The notes under the pieces are model-generated. The model did not search any database and was not told the DNA's origin. It saw only the letters and a list, made by a program, of their open reading frames with translations. Position numbers and translations under genes: made by a program. From assembly GCA_943372295.1 (NCBI GenBank), contig CALRYC010000004.1, positions 71,811-135,810 of the forward strand: a stretch of 64,000 nt of DNA. The letters are read 5' to 3'. Shown one piece after another: positions 1 through 9,103 of the stretch; position 1 is the first letter of the stretch; each line of letters opens with the position of its first letter. The stretch comes from Chitinophaga pinensis (GTDB taxonomy: Bacteria; Bacteroidota; Ignavibacteria; Kapaibacteriales; Kapaibacteriaceae).

Positions 1-6
1 GGCATC

Positions 7-1668
7 ATGGGAGGCACGAACTTCACGCAGCGTGAGACGCTCGTCTCGCCCGAGGGATATATCTTTCTCAACGGTTCGGCGATCCGCAACGAGGTAAGTG
101 ATCAGATCCCTCTGGTCGCGGTGCAGCAGATACATGCGATTGTGGGCATACGATATGATCTCGTTTCGAAGCGTTCCTATAGCATTTCACCCGAGCTGCG
201 ATATGCTCTGCCCCTTTCCTCCATCTCGGACGTCTCGTGGAGTGCACATCAGATCATGGCCGGCGTGAGCGTGCGCTTCGGCATCTTCCGTCCGGCCGAT
301 GCGATCATCGTGCGCGATACGATCTACCGTCGGGATACGACCACGATCGTACGTCGTGGAATCGATGAACCGCGGATCATCCTGTCGGACGATGACTCGC
401 GTGAAGATTCCCGTCGAGCAGGAGACACGCTCTACCAGACAACGCTGATCACCGAAAAGTATACCAAGGAGCTGCCGGCTCCGTTCGATCCGGGTCTGAG
501 CGTGCGTCTGACGGCAGGGGGCACATCGGAAACATCCGACCTGACGCGGATGCGCATCGAAGAACTTGACGTGATCGAAAACTATCCGATGCTTCCGCAG
601 CTGTTCTTTGCCGAGGGAAGCGCCGATCTGACCAAGACCAAACAGCGGCTGCTGACGCCGGCAGAGACGTCGGGCTTTACGTCGGCGTCGCTCACGCGCG
701 ACCAGATCGGGGTGTACTCCCATCTGCTGAATATCATCGGTCAGCGTCTTGCGCAGGATCCGACGGCGTCGATCTCCGTGACGGGTTATGGCAGCAATGC
801 CGGACCGGAGCAGGGTAATCGTGAGCTCTCGCGTGCCCGTGCCGAAGCGGTCAAAACCTATCTGACATCGACCTGGAACGTCGACCCTGCAAGAATCAAG
901 ACGCGGGGAGGTCTGCTGCCGGATCAGCCGGCCAACAGCTCCACCCCTGAAGGTCGCGCCGAGAACCAGCGAATTGAGATCGCTACGTCATCGCCGTCGG
1001 TCCTCGAGCCGGTGGAGTTCCGCGATAAGGACCTAATCGTCTCACCACCGGTCATTGCCGTCGGGGCTGCCCTTCGTCAGGGGGACGATGTCACGAGCTG
1101 GAATCTGGTGCTTGAGCAGGCCGGACGTCTGCTCTACTCTGCCAAAGGTGATGGGCCACCGGAGAACGTGTCATGGGATGCATCGAAGGCGGCAAACAAG
1201 CCCCGGAAGAGCGATCCGATCATTGCACGCATCCGTGTGCGCAATGACCGAGGCGAAAATGTGGAAGCGTCAGACACCGTGGCCGTCGACTACATTACCC
1301 TGCAGACCATGCGCGCCCGCCAAGAAGAGGGCAAACTTGTTGAGCGGTACTCGCTGATCGTGTTCGACTTCAACAGTGCACAGCTCAATCCGGCCAATCA
1401 GCGGACGATGGATCGCGTCAAGGCGCGCATTCAGCCCGAGTCGCGTGTGCGCATCGTGGGTTATGCCGATAAGTCGGGCAACCCGGAGTACAACCGCAAC
1501 CTTGCGCGCAAGCGCTGCCTCGAGGTGCAGAAGGTTCTTGGGCTGTCGGACGATCGTGTGACGCTCGAGCCGGTCGGTTCAGACCGGCTGATCTACGAGA
1601 ACGAAACTCCCGAGGGGCGTTCGTATTCGCGTACGGTTCAGATCGAACTCGTCACACCGATCCGCTGA
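7..1668 (+). CDS. OmpA-family outer membrane protein (5' end probably outside window)
   Basis: Two OmpA-like domains (LFFAEGSA...NRELSRARAEAV...GRAENQRIEI; FDFNSAQL...GYAD..G...YNRNLARKR...EGRSYSRTVQI); architecture parallels 58785-60728. Confidence 0.85.
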   Translation: MGGTNFTQRETLVSPEGYIFLNGSAIRNEVSDQIPLVAVQQIHAIVGIRYDLVSKRSYSISPELRYALPLSSISDVSWSAHQIMAGVSVRFGIFRPADAIIVRDTIYRRDTTTIVRRGIDEPRIILSDDDSREDSRRAGDTLYQTTLITEKYTKELPAPFDPGLSVRLTAGGTSETSDLTRMRIEELDVIENYPMLPQLFFAEGSADLTKTKQRLLTPAETSGFTSASLTRDQIGVYSHLLNIIGQRLAQDPTASISVTGYGSNAGPEQGNRELSRARAEAVKTYLTSTWNVDPARIKTRGGLLPDQPANSSTPEGRAENQRIEIATSSPSVLEPVEFRDKDLIVSPPVIAVGAALRQGDDVTSWNLVLEQAGRLLYSAKGDGPPENVSWDASKAANKPRKSDPIIARIRVRNDRGENVEASDTVAVDYITLQTMRARQEEGKLVERYSLIVFDFNSAQLNPANQRTMDRVKARIQPESRVRIVGYADKSGNPEYNRNLARKRCLEVQKVLGLSDDRVTLEPVGSDRLIYENETPEGRSYSRTVQIELVTPIR

Positions 1669-1669
1669 G

Positions 1670-3430
1670 TTGTTTATGCTGCAGGGTTCTGCGCGCCCCT
1701 TGCCACTGCTCGTCGCGGTGCTCCTTCTCGGAGTCATTGGCTGCACCAAACCCGGTGAGCCCGAAGGGACGCTGCGTGCTGCACGGGGCGGACTCTTCTA
1801 TGGCGGTATCTACCGTCAGAACGAGACAGGTGAGATCCGCACGCTGGATCCGGCGCAGATCAACGACATCACTTCTTCTCACGTGTCGATCAACGTCTAC
1901 GATCAGCTCGTGCACTTTGATGCAGACCTCAACATGGTGCCGGGCTTGGCCACGCGCTGGTCTGTCTCCGACGATGGTCTGATGTACACCTACATTTTGC
2001 GCTCGAACGCCGTGTTTCACGATGCCCCGTGTTTTCCCGGTGGCAAGGGGCGAGCAGTCACCGCACGAGACGTGCTGTACAGCTTCACGCGCATCTGCGA
2101 CGTGCGCGCCGGCACGCGCAGCGACGCGTACTTCCGTGACAAGGTGGTAGGAGCCAGCGAGTACTACCGCGCCACACAGGAAGCGTCGCGCAGCGCAACG
2201 GCGCCGCGTGTGCGGGGCGTGCGGGGCTTTGAAGCCCCTGACGACACAACATTCATCATTCGTCTCGAGAAGCCCTTCGCCCCTTTCGAGTATACCGTTA
2301 CGCAGACGTCCATGGGCATCGTCCCGCGCGAAGCGGTAGAGCATTACGGCAGGGACTTCTTCCAGCATCCCGTGGGGTCGGGGCCGTTTCGGTTTGTGTC
2401 GTGGACGCCTGATCGCGAGCTGATTCTTCAACGCAGTCCCAGCTACTGGGATACCGATGAGCACGGCAACCGTCTGCCGTACCTCGATGGCATCAGGTTT
2501 TCCTTCATCAAGGACGACAAGCTGCAGCTCCTGGAGTTTGCGGCCGGCAATCTTGAAGAGAGCTATCGCATTCCGAATGAGTTCTTTGCCGACATCGTTG
2601 ATGAGCACAAGAATCCCAAGGGTAAGTGGTCGCGCTTTCAGCTTCTGCACAAGACTGCGCTTGCAACACAGTTCTATGGCATGGTCACCAGCAAGGACGT
2701 CTTCCGTGATGTGCGTGTGCGTCGGGCGATCAACTATGCCGTCGATCGAAATCGTATCATTCGGTACGTTCTCAAGGGTCAGGCCGCAGGTCCGGCTCAT
2801 AACGGCCTTGTGCCACCTTCCATGCCAGACTACCGATCTGACAGCATCCGCGGTTACACCTTCAACCCTGCACGTGCCCGTGAGCTTCTGGCCCAGGCTG
2901 GCTACCCCAACGGAAAGGGGTTCCCGGAGGTCACGCTTCAGCTCAATGCAGGGGGCGGACGTAACGTCTCTATCGCCGAGGCCATTCAGGGCATGCTCAA
3001 GGAGCATCTCAACATCAGCATCAGGTTGCAGCAGGTGGAGTTTGCCCAGCATCTCACGGATATCGACAAGGGCAAAGCGCCGTTCTTCCGTCTCGGCTGG
3101 GTGGCAGATTATCCCGATCCGGAGTCGTTTCTCAATCTCTACTACGGAAAGCTTGTCCCGTCAGATGATGAAGACTCGCCGATCAACTCTACGCGTTTCC
3201 GCAGTGTCGAGTATGATCGGCTCTTTGAACAGGCCCTCTCGACAACCAACCGCGCCGAGCGCATGCGCCTGTATCGCATGGCCGAGCAGATCGCCATCGA
3301 CAATGCGCCGATGCTGCTGATCCTGAACGACGAAGACTACCGGTTTGTGCAGCCGTATGTGAGGAACCATCCGCACAATTCCATGGACCGTACCAATCAC
3401 CACCGCACGTCGATGGTACCCGTCCGTTAA
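1670..3430 (+). CDS. ABC transporter substrate-binding lipoprotein, family 5 (peptide/nickel)
   Basis: Lipobox VIGC, TLDPA, PGLATRWSVSDDGLMYTYILR, PVGSGPF, GWVADYPDPESFL motifs. Confidence 0.9.
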   Translation: MFMLQGSARPLPLLVAVLLLGVIGCTKPGEPEGTLRAARGGLFYGGIYRQNETGEIRTLDPAQINDITSSHVSINVYDQLVHFDADLNMVPGLATRWSVSDDGLMYTYILRSNAVFHDAPCFPGGKGRAVTARDVLYSFTRICDVRAGTRSDAYFRDKVVGASEYYRATQEASRSATAPRVRGVRGFEAPDDTTFIIRLEKPFAPFEYTVTQTSMGIVPREAVEHYGRDFFQHPVGSGPFRFVSWTPDRELILQRSPSYWDTDEHGNRLPYLDGIRFSFIKDDKLQLLEFAAGNLEESYRIPNEFFADIVDEHKNPKGKWSRFQLLHKTALATQFYGMVTSKDVFRDVRVRRAINYAVDRNRIIRYVLKGQAAGPAHNGLVPPSMPDYRSDSIRGYTFNPARARELLAQAGYPNGKGFPEVTLQLNAGGGRNVSIAEAIQGMLKEHLNISIRLQQVEFAQHLTDIDKGKAPFFRLGWVADYPDPESFLNLYYGKLVPSDDEDSPINSTRFRSVEYDRLFEQALSTTNRAERMRLYRMAEQIAIDNAPMLLILNDEDYRFVQPYVRNHPHNSMDRTNHHRTSMVPVR

Positions 3431-3465
3431 GCCCCCTGACACGTTCACGATAGCCGAGAGAAACA

Positions 3466-4242
3466 ATGTCTACAGCCCTCATCACCGGAGCATCCGGAGG
3501 AATCGGATACGAGCTTGCACTTGAGCATGTGCGCCGTGGTGGCCATGTGATCCTTGTGGCGCGCAGTGAAGCTAAACTTCGAGAGTATAAGGCGAAGTGG
3601 GAGTCGACTTACGGAGTAAATGTCCATGTCATTGGTATGGACCTGGCGCAGCGCGGAAGCGCCCACGAGCTCTACGATGCAGTCTCTACCAGGGGGCTGA
3701 CGGTGGACATTCTCATTAACAATGCCGGGTTCGGTCAGTACGGTCTGTTTGAAGAGAGCGATCTTGACCGTGCCATGCAGATGCTTGAACTAAACATCGT
3801 AACGCTCACGGCGCTTACAAGATTATTCGTCGTCGACATGGTGCGTCGTCGGTCCGGACGCATTATGAACGTTGCCTCAACGGCTTCGTTTCAGCCCGTA
3901 CCGCTCATGACACTATACGCTGCCACCAAGGCCTTTGTGCTCAGCTTTTCCGAAGCGCTCAACAACGAAGTGTCCGACAGGGGCGTCACCGTCACAGCGC
4001 TGTGTCCTGGGCCGACAACGTCTGGCTTCCAGGATGTTGCCGCCATGCACGAGGCCCGCATGGTTGATCGTCGTCTCATGGCCACCTCGGACGATGTGGC
4101 ACGCTTTGGTTATGACGCCATGATGCGCGGCAAACCAGTTGCTGTACATGGACTTCTGAACCGGCTGACGGCATTTCTCGTGCGCTTTACCCCGCGTAGC
4201 ATTATCGTCCGCATTGGACGCATGATCGCGGAGAAGAGGTAG
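3466..4242 (+). CDS. Short-chain dehydrogenase/reductase
   Basis: TGASGGIG, NNAG, YAATK, LCPG motifs. Confidence 0.93.
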   Translation: MSTALITGASGGIGYELALEHVRRGGHVILVARSEAKLREYKAKWESTYGVNVHVIGMDLAQRGSAHELYDAVSTRGLTVDILINNAGFGQYGLFEESDLDRAMQMLELNIVTLTALTRLFVVDMVRRRSGRIMNVASTASFQPVPLMTLYAATKAFVLSFSEALNNEVSDRGVTVTALCPGPTTSGFQDVAAMHEARMVDRRLMATSDDVARFGYDAMMRGKPVAVHGLLNRLTAFLVRFTPRSIIVRIGRMIAEKR

Positions 4243-4245
4243 GGG

Positions 4246-5466
4246 TTACTCATCATCATCCACCTCCGCATCCGGGATGTGGTTGAAAGCTATGCGCATC
4301 GGTGCGCTCGAGAGGGCGTTCCAGGCGGTACCAACGTAGAGCGTGTTCTTGCCATACTTCTTGTTGATGGCATCGATCGAGTTGTTCAGTGCCGAGCGAG
4401 CCGGGCCAACGTTTTCGAACATCGGCAGGGGAGTTGATTCAAGGGGGCTCACCTTGTTGAGGGCGATCGTGACCTTGAATGGTGTTCCAATCTCAGGCAT
4501 CGCATCGAGCATGCTGCTCATGATCGTTGTGAGTTGCAGCACATCCTGCGTCGGTGTGATGTCGCGTGCCTGCTTCCACTTGGTGCCATCGACGTAGCGT
4601 ACGCTGACGGTGATCTCGGCCGTGTGGAGTTCGTACTGACGCAGGCGCATGGCGGCCTTTTGCAGAAGACGGTGCACGACGGCCTTCGCCCCCTGAACAG
4701 AGCGGTGTTCGGGCTCGAGAACGTGGGAGTGTCCGACCGTGGACTTCTGAGTTTCGGCCATTGGTACATCCTGACCTCGCAGGCGGGCCCACATGCGTTC
4801 GCCCTCGATGCCGCCCCATACCTCGCGCAGCTGGTGCTTCGGTGCCGTGCAGAGCGTCTCCACGGTGAAGATGCCATGCTTGCGAAGCCGCGCGTGCATC
4901 TGCTTGCCGATGCCGCAGAGGTCGCGCAGCTCCAGCGCATAAAGCACATCGGGAAGTTCTTCTTCTTCAATGATCACCAGCCCATCGGGCTTCTGCATAT
5001 CCGATGCTGTCTTGGCCAGGTAGTCGTTCGGGCCGATGCCCACGCTGCAGGTCATTGTGTCACCCACGTTGGCCCTGATCGAAGCCTTCACTGCATGAGC
5101 GATCTCGATGGCTTTTTCGCGCTGCCGGTCAGAGCCCGTAAGCTCGCATACCATCTCGTCGATAGAGTTCACACTCTTGACGTGGATCGTCTGTTCAACA
5201 GCTTCCACAATGCGGTGATGGTACTCTACGTACAGGGAATGTCGGGCCTGCACCAGCACCAGCTCCGGACACTTCTGCTTGGCCTCGGCGATGATCGTGC
5301 CCGTCTTGACGCCGAATTTCTTCGCCTCGTACGACGCCGCAATCGCACACGTTGAATCTGCCATCACCGGCACTACCGCCACCGGACGTCCACGCAGCTC
5401 CGGCTGCTCCTGCTGCTCAACAGAAGCGAAGTATGAGTTCAGATCAACGTAAAGAGAGCGAAGCAT
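4246..5466 (-). CDS. Y-family DNA polymerase (DinB/UmuC-like)
   Basis: YVDLNSYFASVEQ, AASYEAKKFGVKTG, SIDE, AKTASDMQKPDG motifs. Confidence 0.93.
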   Translation of the reverse strand: MLRSLYVDLNSYFASVEQQEQPELRGRPVAVVPVMADSTCAIAASYEAKKFGVKTGTIIAEAKQKCPELVLVQARHSLYVEYHHRIVEAVEQTIHVKSVNSIDEMVCELTGSDRQREKAIEIAHAVKASIRANVGDTMTCSVGIGPNDYLAKTASDMQKPDGLVIIEEEELPDVLYALELRDLCGIGKQMHARLRKHGIFTVETLCTAPKHQLREVWGGIEGERMWARLRGQDVPMAETQKSTVGHSHVLEPEHRSVQGAKAVVHRLLQKAAMRLRQYELHTAEITVSVRYVDGTKWKQARDITPTQDVLQLTTIMSSMLDAMPEIGTPFKVTIALNKVSPLESTPLPMFENVGPARSALNNSIDAINKKYGKNTLYVGTAWNALSSAPMRIAFNHIPDAEVDDDE

Positions 5467-5486
5467 GAGGAAGAAGTTACGGACGA

Positions 5487-5556
5487 GTGACGAGTGACAA
5501 GTGACGAGTGACGAGTGACCAGTGACCAGTGACCAGTGACCAGTGACCAGTGACCA
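5487..5556. repeat. Heptamer tandem array (GTGACNA)x10
   Basis: GTGACGA/GTGACAA/GTGACCA units read directly; lies just upstream of the polymerase gene. Confidence 0.95.
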
Positions 5557-5656
5557 AAATCATCCTATAACGGCGTAGTTCGGTAACTGTGCGCAGCACG
5601 TACGGTCCCTCGTCGCTGCGCTCTTTGGGATGACGCCACAACTCTGCTTGAGAGTG

Positions 5657-6832
5657 TCAATAAGGTCCGGGAAGCTCTTTTGTTATGTACTCCGCAAGTG
5701 ACAAGGCTTGCACATTTTCTGCGAGAGGGAAGGATGTCCCACTCGGCGTAATGAAGTACCCTTGGGTTGCGCCGATCGTCGTCATGCTTTCGATGAAGGG
5801 TTGGCGAAGTTTCGGGCTGATGGTGCGCTTGATCTCAATTGCATGAATGCGCCCGTCGGTGAACTCGATCACGAGGTCGACCTCTGCACCAGCATGTGTG
5901 CGATAGTAGCTGTATGATGCTCCTTCTGGCAGCATCGAAATGATCTGTTCGCTGCAGAATGCCTCCCACGAGTGACCGCAGATGGGATGTCCGAGAACCT
6001 GATCAAGATTATGCAGGCCGAGCAGACTATGCACAAGGCCACTATCACGCCACTGTAACTTAGGGGCTTTGACGAGGCGCTTGCCAGCGTTGCGATTCCA
6101 TGACGGAATTCGCCTAAGGAGATAAAGTCCCTCCAGCAGGTCGATGTATGATCGAACGGTCTTCCCATCGATACCAAGTGAATTGCCGATGCTTGCAAGG
6201 TTGATCGAACAGGCCTGCTGATGGGCAAGCATGGTGCACAACCGTCGAAGCTGAACAGGTGTTGTCCGCAGAGCATACTCGGGTAGATACCGCTCTGCGT
6301 ATGACGTTAGGAAGTCACTACACCACTTCATCGCTGCTGAATCGCTTCTCGCCAGAAAACTCAATGGAAAGCCACCGCGCATCCAGCGCTTGCTGATCGT
6401 GTCGGCATCGTATCCAATCTCAGGCAGAACAAAAGGATCCAGCTCGATGTAGCTGATGCGTCCAGCCAACGTTTCCGACCCTTGCCTGAGTAACTGCGGC
6501 GAGGCCGACCCCAATAGGAGGAAGTGTCCTGCATTCTCACCAGCCTGTCTACGTTCATCCACCAGTGAGCGGAGTAACGGAAACAGCTCCGGTAGCCGCT
6601 GGATCTCATCTAGGATGACCAACGTCCCTTGCAGCCCGCCCAGATACAGTTCTGGATCGGACAGCCGAGTTAGATCGGATGGTCGCTCTAGGTCAAGGTA
6701 AATCGACGGTTTCTCGATTTTCAGTGACCGGGCCAGCATTGTCTTTCCAACCTGCCGAGCCCCCAATACAGCCACAACAGGGTAATCAGCAAGGCGAGAC
6801 GAGAGCGCTGAATGGATTAGACGATCAATCAT
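5657..6832 (-). CDS. AAA_14 ATPase with DUF4143-like C-terminal domain
   Basis: GARQVGKT Walker A, ILDEIQ Walker B, LLGSAS, LAGRI, RGGFP, EVDLV..AIEIK; start placed at ATG 6832. Confidence 0.9.
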   Translation of the reverse strand: MIDRLIHSALSSRLADYPVVAVLGARQVGKTMLARSLKIEKPSIYLDLERPSDLTRLSDPELYLGGLQGTLVILDEIQRLPELFPLLRSLVDERRQAGENAGHFLLLGSASPQLLRQGSETLAGRISYIELDPFVLPEIGYDADTISKRWMRGGFPLSFLARSDSAAMKWCSDFLTSYAERYLPEYALRTTPVQLRRLCTMLAHQQACSINLASIGNSLGIDGKTVRSYIDLLEGLYLLRRIPSWNRNAGKRLVKAPKLQWRDSGLVHSLLGLHNLDQVLGHPICGHSWEAFCSEQIISMLPEGASYSYYRTHAGAEVDLVIEFTDGRIHAIEIKRTISPKLRQPFIESMTTIGATQGYFITPSGTSFPLAENVQALSLAEYITKELPGPY

Positions 6833-6835
6833 CGC

Positions 6836-6869
6836 CTTGAAAATACGGAATATATTCCGCGAATTCAAG
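6836..6869. promoter_or_regulatory. Symmetric operator-like inverted repeat upstream of the AAA ATPase
   Basis: CTTGAA-N4-CGGAATATATTCCG-N4-TTCAAG, 3 bp from the ATG. Confidence 0.6.
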
Positions 6870-7019
6870 GTGATGCACACGTTTCCCCTCGGCTGAAGCC
6901 GTGTGCTTTTACGCAATCGTCTGAACGCAGATATTCCCGCGTTCTTGGGGGGATGACATCCTCATACGTCACACATGCGCGAAGTAAATGGCCCCGTGGC
7001 AAGCTAATTTGCCCCTTCC

Positions 7020-7319
7020 ATGACCAGTCCTATCGCTTACAACTTCACTGCTGAGCTCTGGCTGTCGCCTGGTAAAGGTGGCTGGTGGTTTGTTTCACTG
7101 CCGGCAGAGATGTCCGAAGAGATACGCTCAGCGATGCAGCACCTCGAAGGGGGCTGGGGAAGACTTCATGTCTCTGCGCAAGTGGGCGATACTACGTGGC
7201 GTACGGCCATCTGGTACGATACGAAACGTGGGACGTATCTGCTGCCTATAAAGGCCCACGTACGAAAACAGCAAGGTCTTGAAAGCGGGCAGTTTGTTCA
7301 CGTCATGTTCTGGATCTAG
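7020..7319 (+). CDS. DUF1905-family protein
   Basis: GGWWFVSLP...GWGRLHVSAQVG..WRTAIW...YLLPIKAHVRK pattern. Confidence 0.75.
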   Translation: MTSPIAYNFTAELWLSPGKGGWWFVSLPAEMSEEIRSAMQHLEGGWGRLHVSAQVGDTTWRTAIWYDTKRGTYLLPIKAHVRKQQGLESGQFVHVMFWI

Positions 7320-7323
7320 AGCC

Positions 7324-8364
7324 ATGTATCAACTCGCACTTGATAAACTTATCGACAACCGCAAGGTGCACGGAGCAGCGGTGTCTGTCTGCCGGCTGAC
7401 GTCTTCTGCACGTACGGTGCAGGATGAATGGATCGGCGCGTCGGGTAATCTCGAGCCAGGGTCTCAGTTCTTCATTGCCAGCACGACGAAGCTCATGATC
7501 ACGGCCCTGTTGCGTCAGCTCCGACACGAGGGACGCCTCGGATTCGACGATCCGATCGGTAAGTATCTTGGCGCTGAACTGTTACGAGATCTGTTGATCA
7601 TTGACGGGGTGCAAAAAGCCCCTTCGCTGACGATCAGGCAGCTGATGTCGCACACGAGCGGACTTCCGGATTACTTCCAACGAAAGGTACATGGTAGCAG
7701 CCTGCAGGATGAGCTGTTTGCCGGCGGCGACAGATCGTGGACGCTAGAGGATGTTCTAGAGCGCTCGCGAGGAATGCGTCCGGCATTCCGGCCCGGGCAG
7801 GCGGGTCGGGCCGAATACTCCGACACCAACTACCAGCTGTTGGGACGCATCATCGAGGTATTGGAGGGGGCTCCCATTGCCGAGGTTCTGCAGCAGCGAT
7901 TGTTCGTGCCACTCGGTATGACGTCGACGTATATGTACACCGACCCTTCAGATACACGGCCCATGGCGCTGTACTATAAGCAGAAGCCGCTGCCCATCCC
8001 CAAGGCCATGACGTCATTTGGTCCCGATGGCGGCGTCGTGTCGACGTCCTCCGACATGACGATCTTTCTACGTGCATTCTTCGGCGACACAATCGCCCCT
8101 TCGACAGATCTTGACGAGCTTACGCGCACATGGAACAGCATCTGGTTCCCATTTGCCTATGCAACAGGCATCATGCGCTTCCGGCTTCCGCGGATCTTCT
8201 CGCCCTTCAAAGCCCAGCCCGAACTCATAGGCCACTCAGGCTTGTCAGGCGCGTTCGCTTTCTACGCCCCATCAAAAGGCACATTCATCACCGGAACAGT
8301 TAACCAGCTTGCCTATCCTGATACGTCGTTTCGTCTGATGCTGAAGATGCTGGGTGACGAATGA
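7324..8364 (+). CDS. Serine hydrolase, beta-lactamase class C-like
   Basis: ASTTK (SxxK), LMSHTSGLPDY, YSDTNY, GHSG. Confidence 0.9.
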   Translation: MYQLALDKLIDNRKVHGAAVSVCRLTSSARTVQDEWIGASGNLEPGSQFFIASTTKLMITALLRQLRHEGRLGFDDPIGKYLGAELLRDLLIIDGVQKAPSLTIRQLMSHTSGLPDYFQRKVHGSSLQDELFAGGDRSWTLEDVLERSRGMRPAFRPGQAGRAEYSDTNYQLLGRIIEVLEGAPIAEVLQQRLFVPLGMTSTYMYTDPSDTRPMALYYKQKPLPIPKAMTSFGPDGGVVSTSSDMTIFLRAFFGDTIAPSTDLDELTRTWNSIWFPFAYATGIMRFRLPRIFSPFKAQPELIGHSGLSGAFAFYAPSKGTFITGTVNQLAYPDTSFRLMLKMLGDE

Positions 8365-8401
8365 CCTCCCACCTCAAACCTCACACCTCAAACCTCAAAC
8401 C
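8364..8401. repeat. Heptamer array (ACCTCAN)x5
   Basis: ACCTCCC ACCTCAA ACCTCAC ACCTCAA ACCTCAA between convergent stop codons. Confidence 0.9.
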
Positions 8402-8413
8402 AGTGCGAATCAC

Positions 8414-8686
8414 TCACGCTGCCTTTTGCAGACGCTGACGAGCCTCATAGAGATCCCAGGCAACTTGCAGGTTCATCCAGAACTCGGGTGTGGTGCCCAG
8501 TTCCTGTGAAAGAAGTATCGCCGTTTCTGCGCTGATGCCGCGCTTGCCTCGAATGATCGTATTGATTCGCTGAATAGGAATGGCGAGCCGCTCTGCTAGT
8601 TCAACCTGCGTCATGTTCATCGGCTCGAGGATCTCGGTGAGAAGGATCTCGCCGGGATGGATAGGGCGTCTGTTCTTCGGTGTCAT
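8414..8686 (-). CDS. higA: HigA-family antitoxin
   Basis: PIHPGEIL...INTIIRGKRGISAETAILL...GTTPEFWMNLQ..WDL. Confidence 0.92.
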   Translation of the reverse strand: MTPKNRRPIHPGEILLTEILEPMNMTQVELAERLAIPIQRINTIIRGKRGISAETAILLSQELGTTPEFWMNLQVAWDLYEARQRLQKAA

Positions 8687-8710
8687 TGAGGTGTTCTTCG
8701 TGCAGTCGTA

Positions 8711-8888
8711 TCAATGGTAGTCGGTGATCGTAACACCGTGCGCGTGACCATCGACCCATCGGAACACGATCCGATACTGGTCGTTGATGCGGATCGAGTG
8801 ATATCCTTCGTAGGATCAATCGGGCTTGCTTCGTCGACATTCCATGATAGACGTCCTCCGTGGATTGCGATCCAAAGCTACCGATCAT
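8711..8888 (-). pseudogene. higB: HigB (RelE-like) toxin with internal deletion and frameshift
   Basis: N-terminal MIGSFGSQSTEDVYHG..KQAR and, in another frame, YHSIRINDQYRIVFRWVDGHAHGVTITDYH*; central portion missing. Confidence 0.85.
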
Positions 8889-8955
8889 GTGACGAAATAA
8901 ATGCATTAACGGTAAGTGTGCAATGGCAATTGACGAGGACCGCATGAGGAGTGGC

Positions 8956-9052
8956 GCGTCGGTTACGGGTAACGTGTCGTGCGTCGGTTACGGGTAACGT
9001 GTCGTGCGTCGGTTGCGGATAACGTGTAGGGGCGAGACGCAGTCTCGCCCGT
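8956..9052. repeat. Three 25-bp tandem repeats running into a GTAG-type REP palindrome
   Basis: GCGTCGGTTACGGGTAACGTGTCGT x2 plus a variant, then GTAG-GGGCGAGAC-GCA-GTCTCGCCC. Confidence 0.85.
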
Positions 9053-9103
9053 GGTGCGTCAGTAACCATTTCCTTGGTGGTGGAATCTTATGCACAACGG
9101 TGA

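Noticed and set aside
1652-3052. 466-aa antisense ORF and similar long shadow ORFs (e.g. 51817-52845, 4534-5355)
   Set aside because: They overlap well-supported genes on the opposite strand, as expected in GC-rich DNA
1670-3430. Peptide-binding protein as the importer of the island peptide
   Set aside because: 13 kb away in core context with no permease beside it; no evidence linking the two
8956-9030. Possible CRISPR array
   Set aside because: Repeats are directly adjacent with no unique spacers, and there are no cas genes in the window
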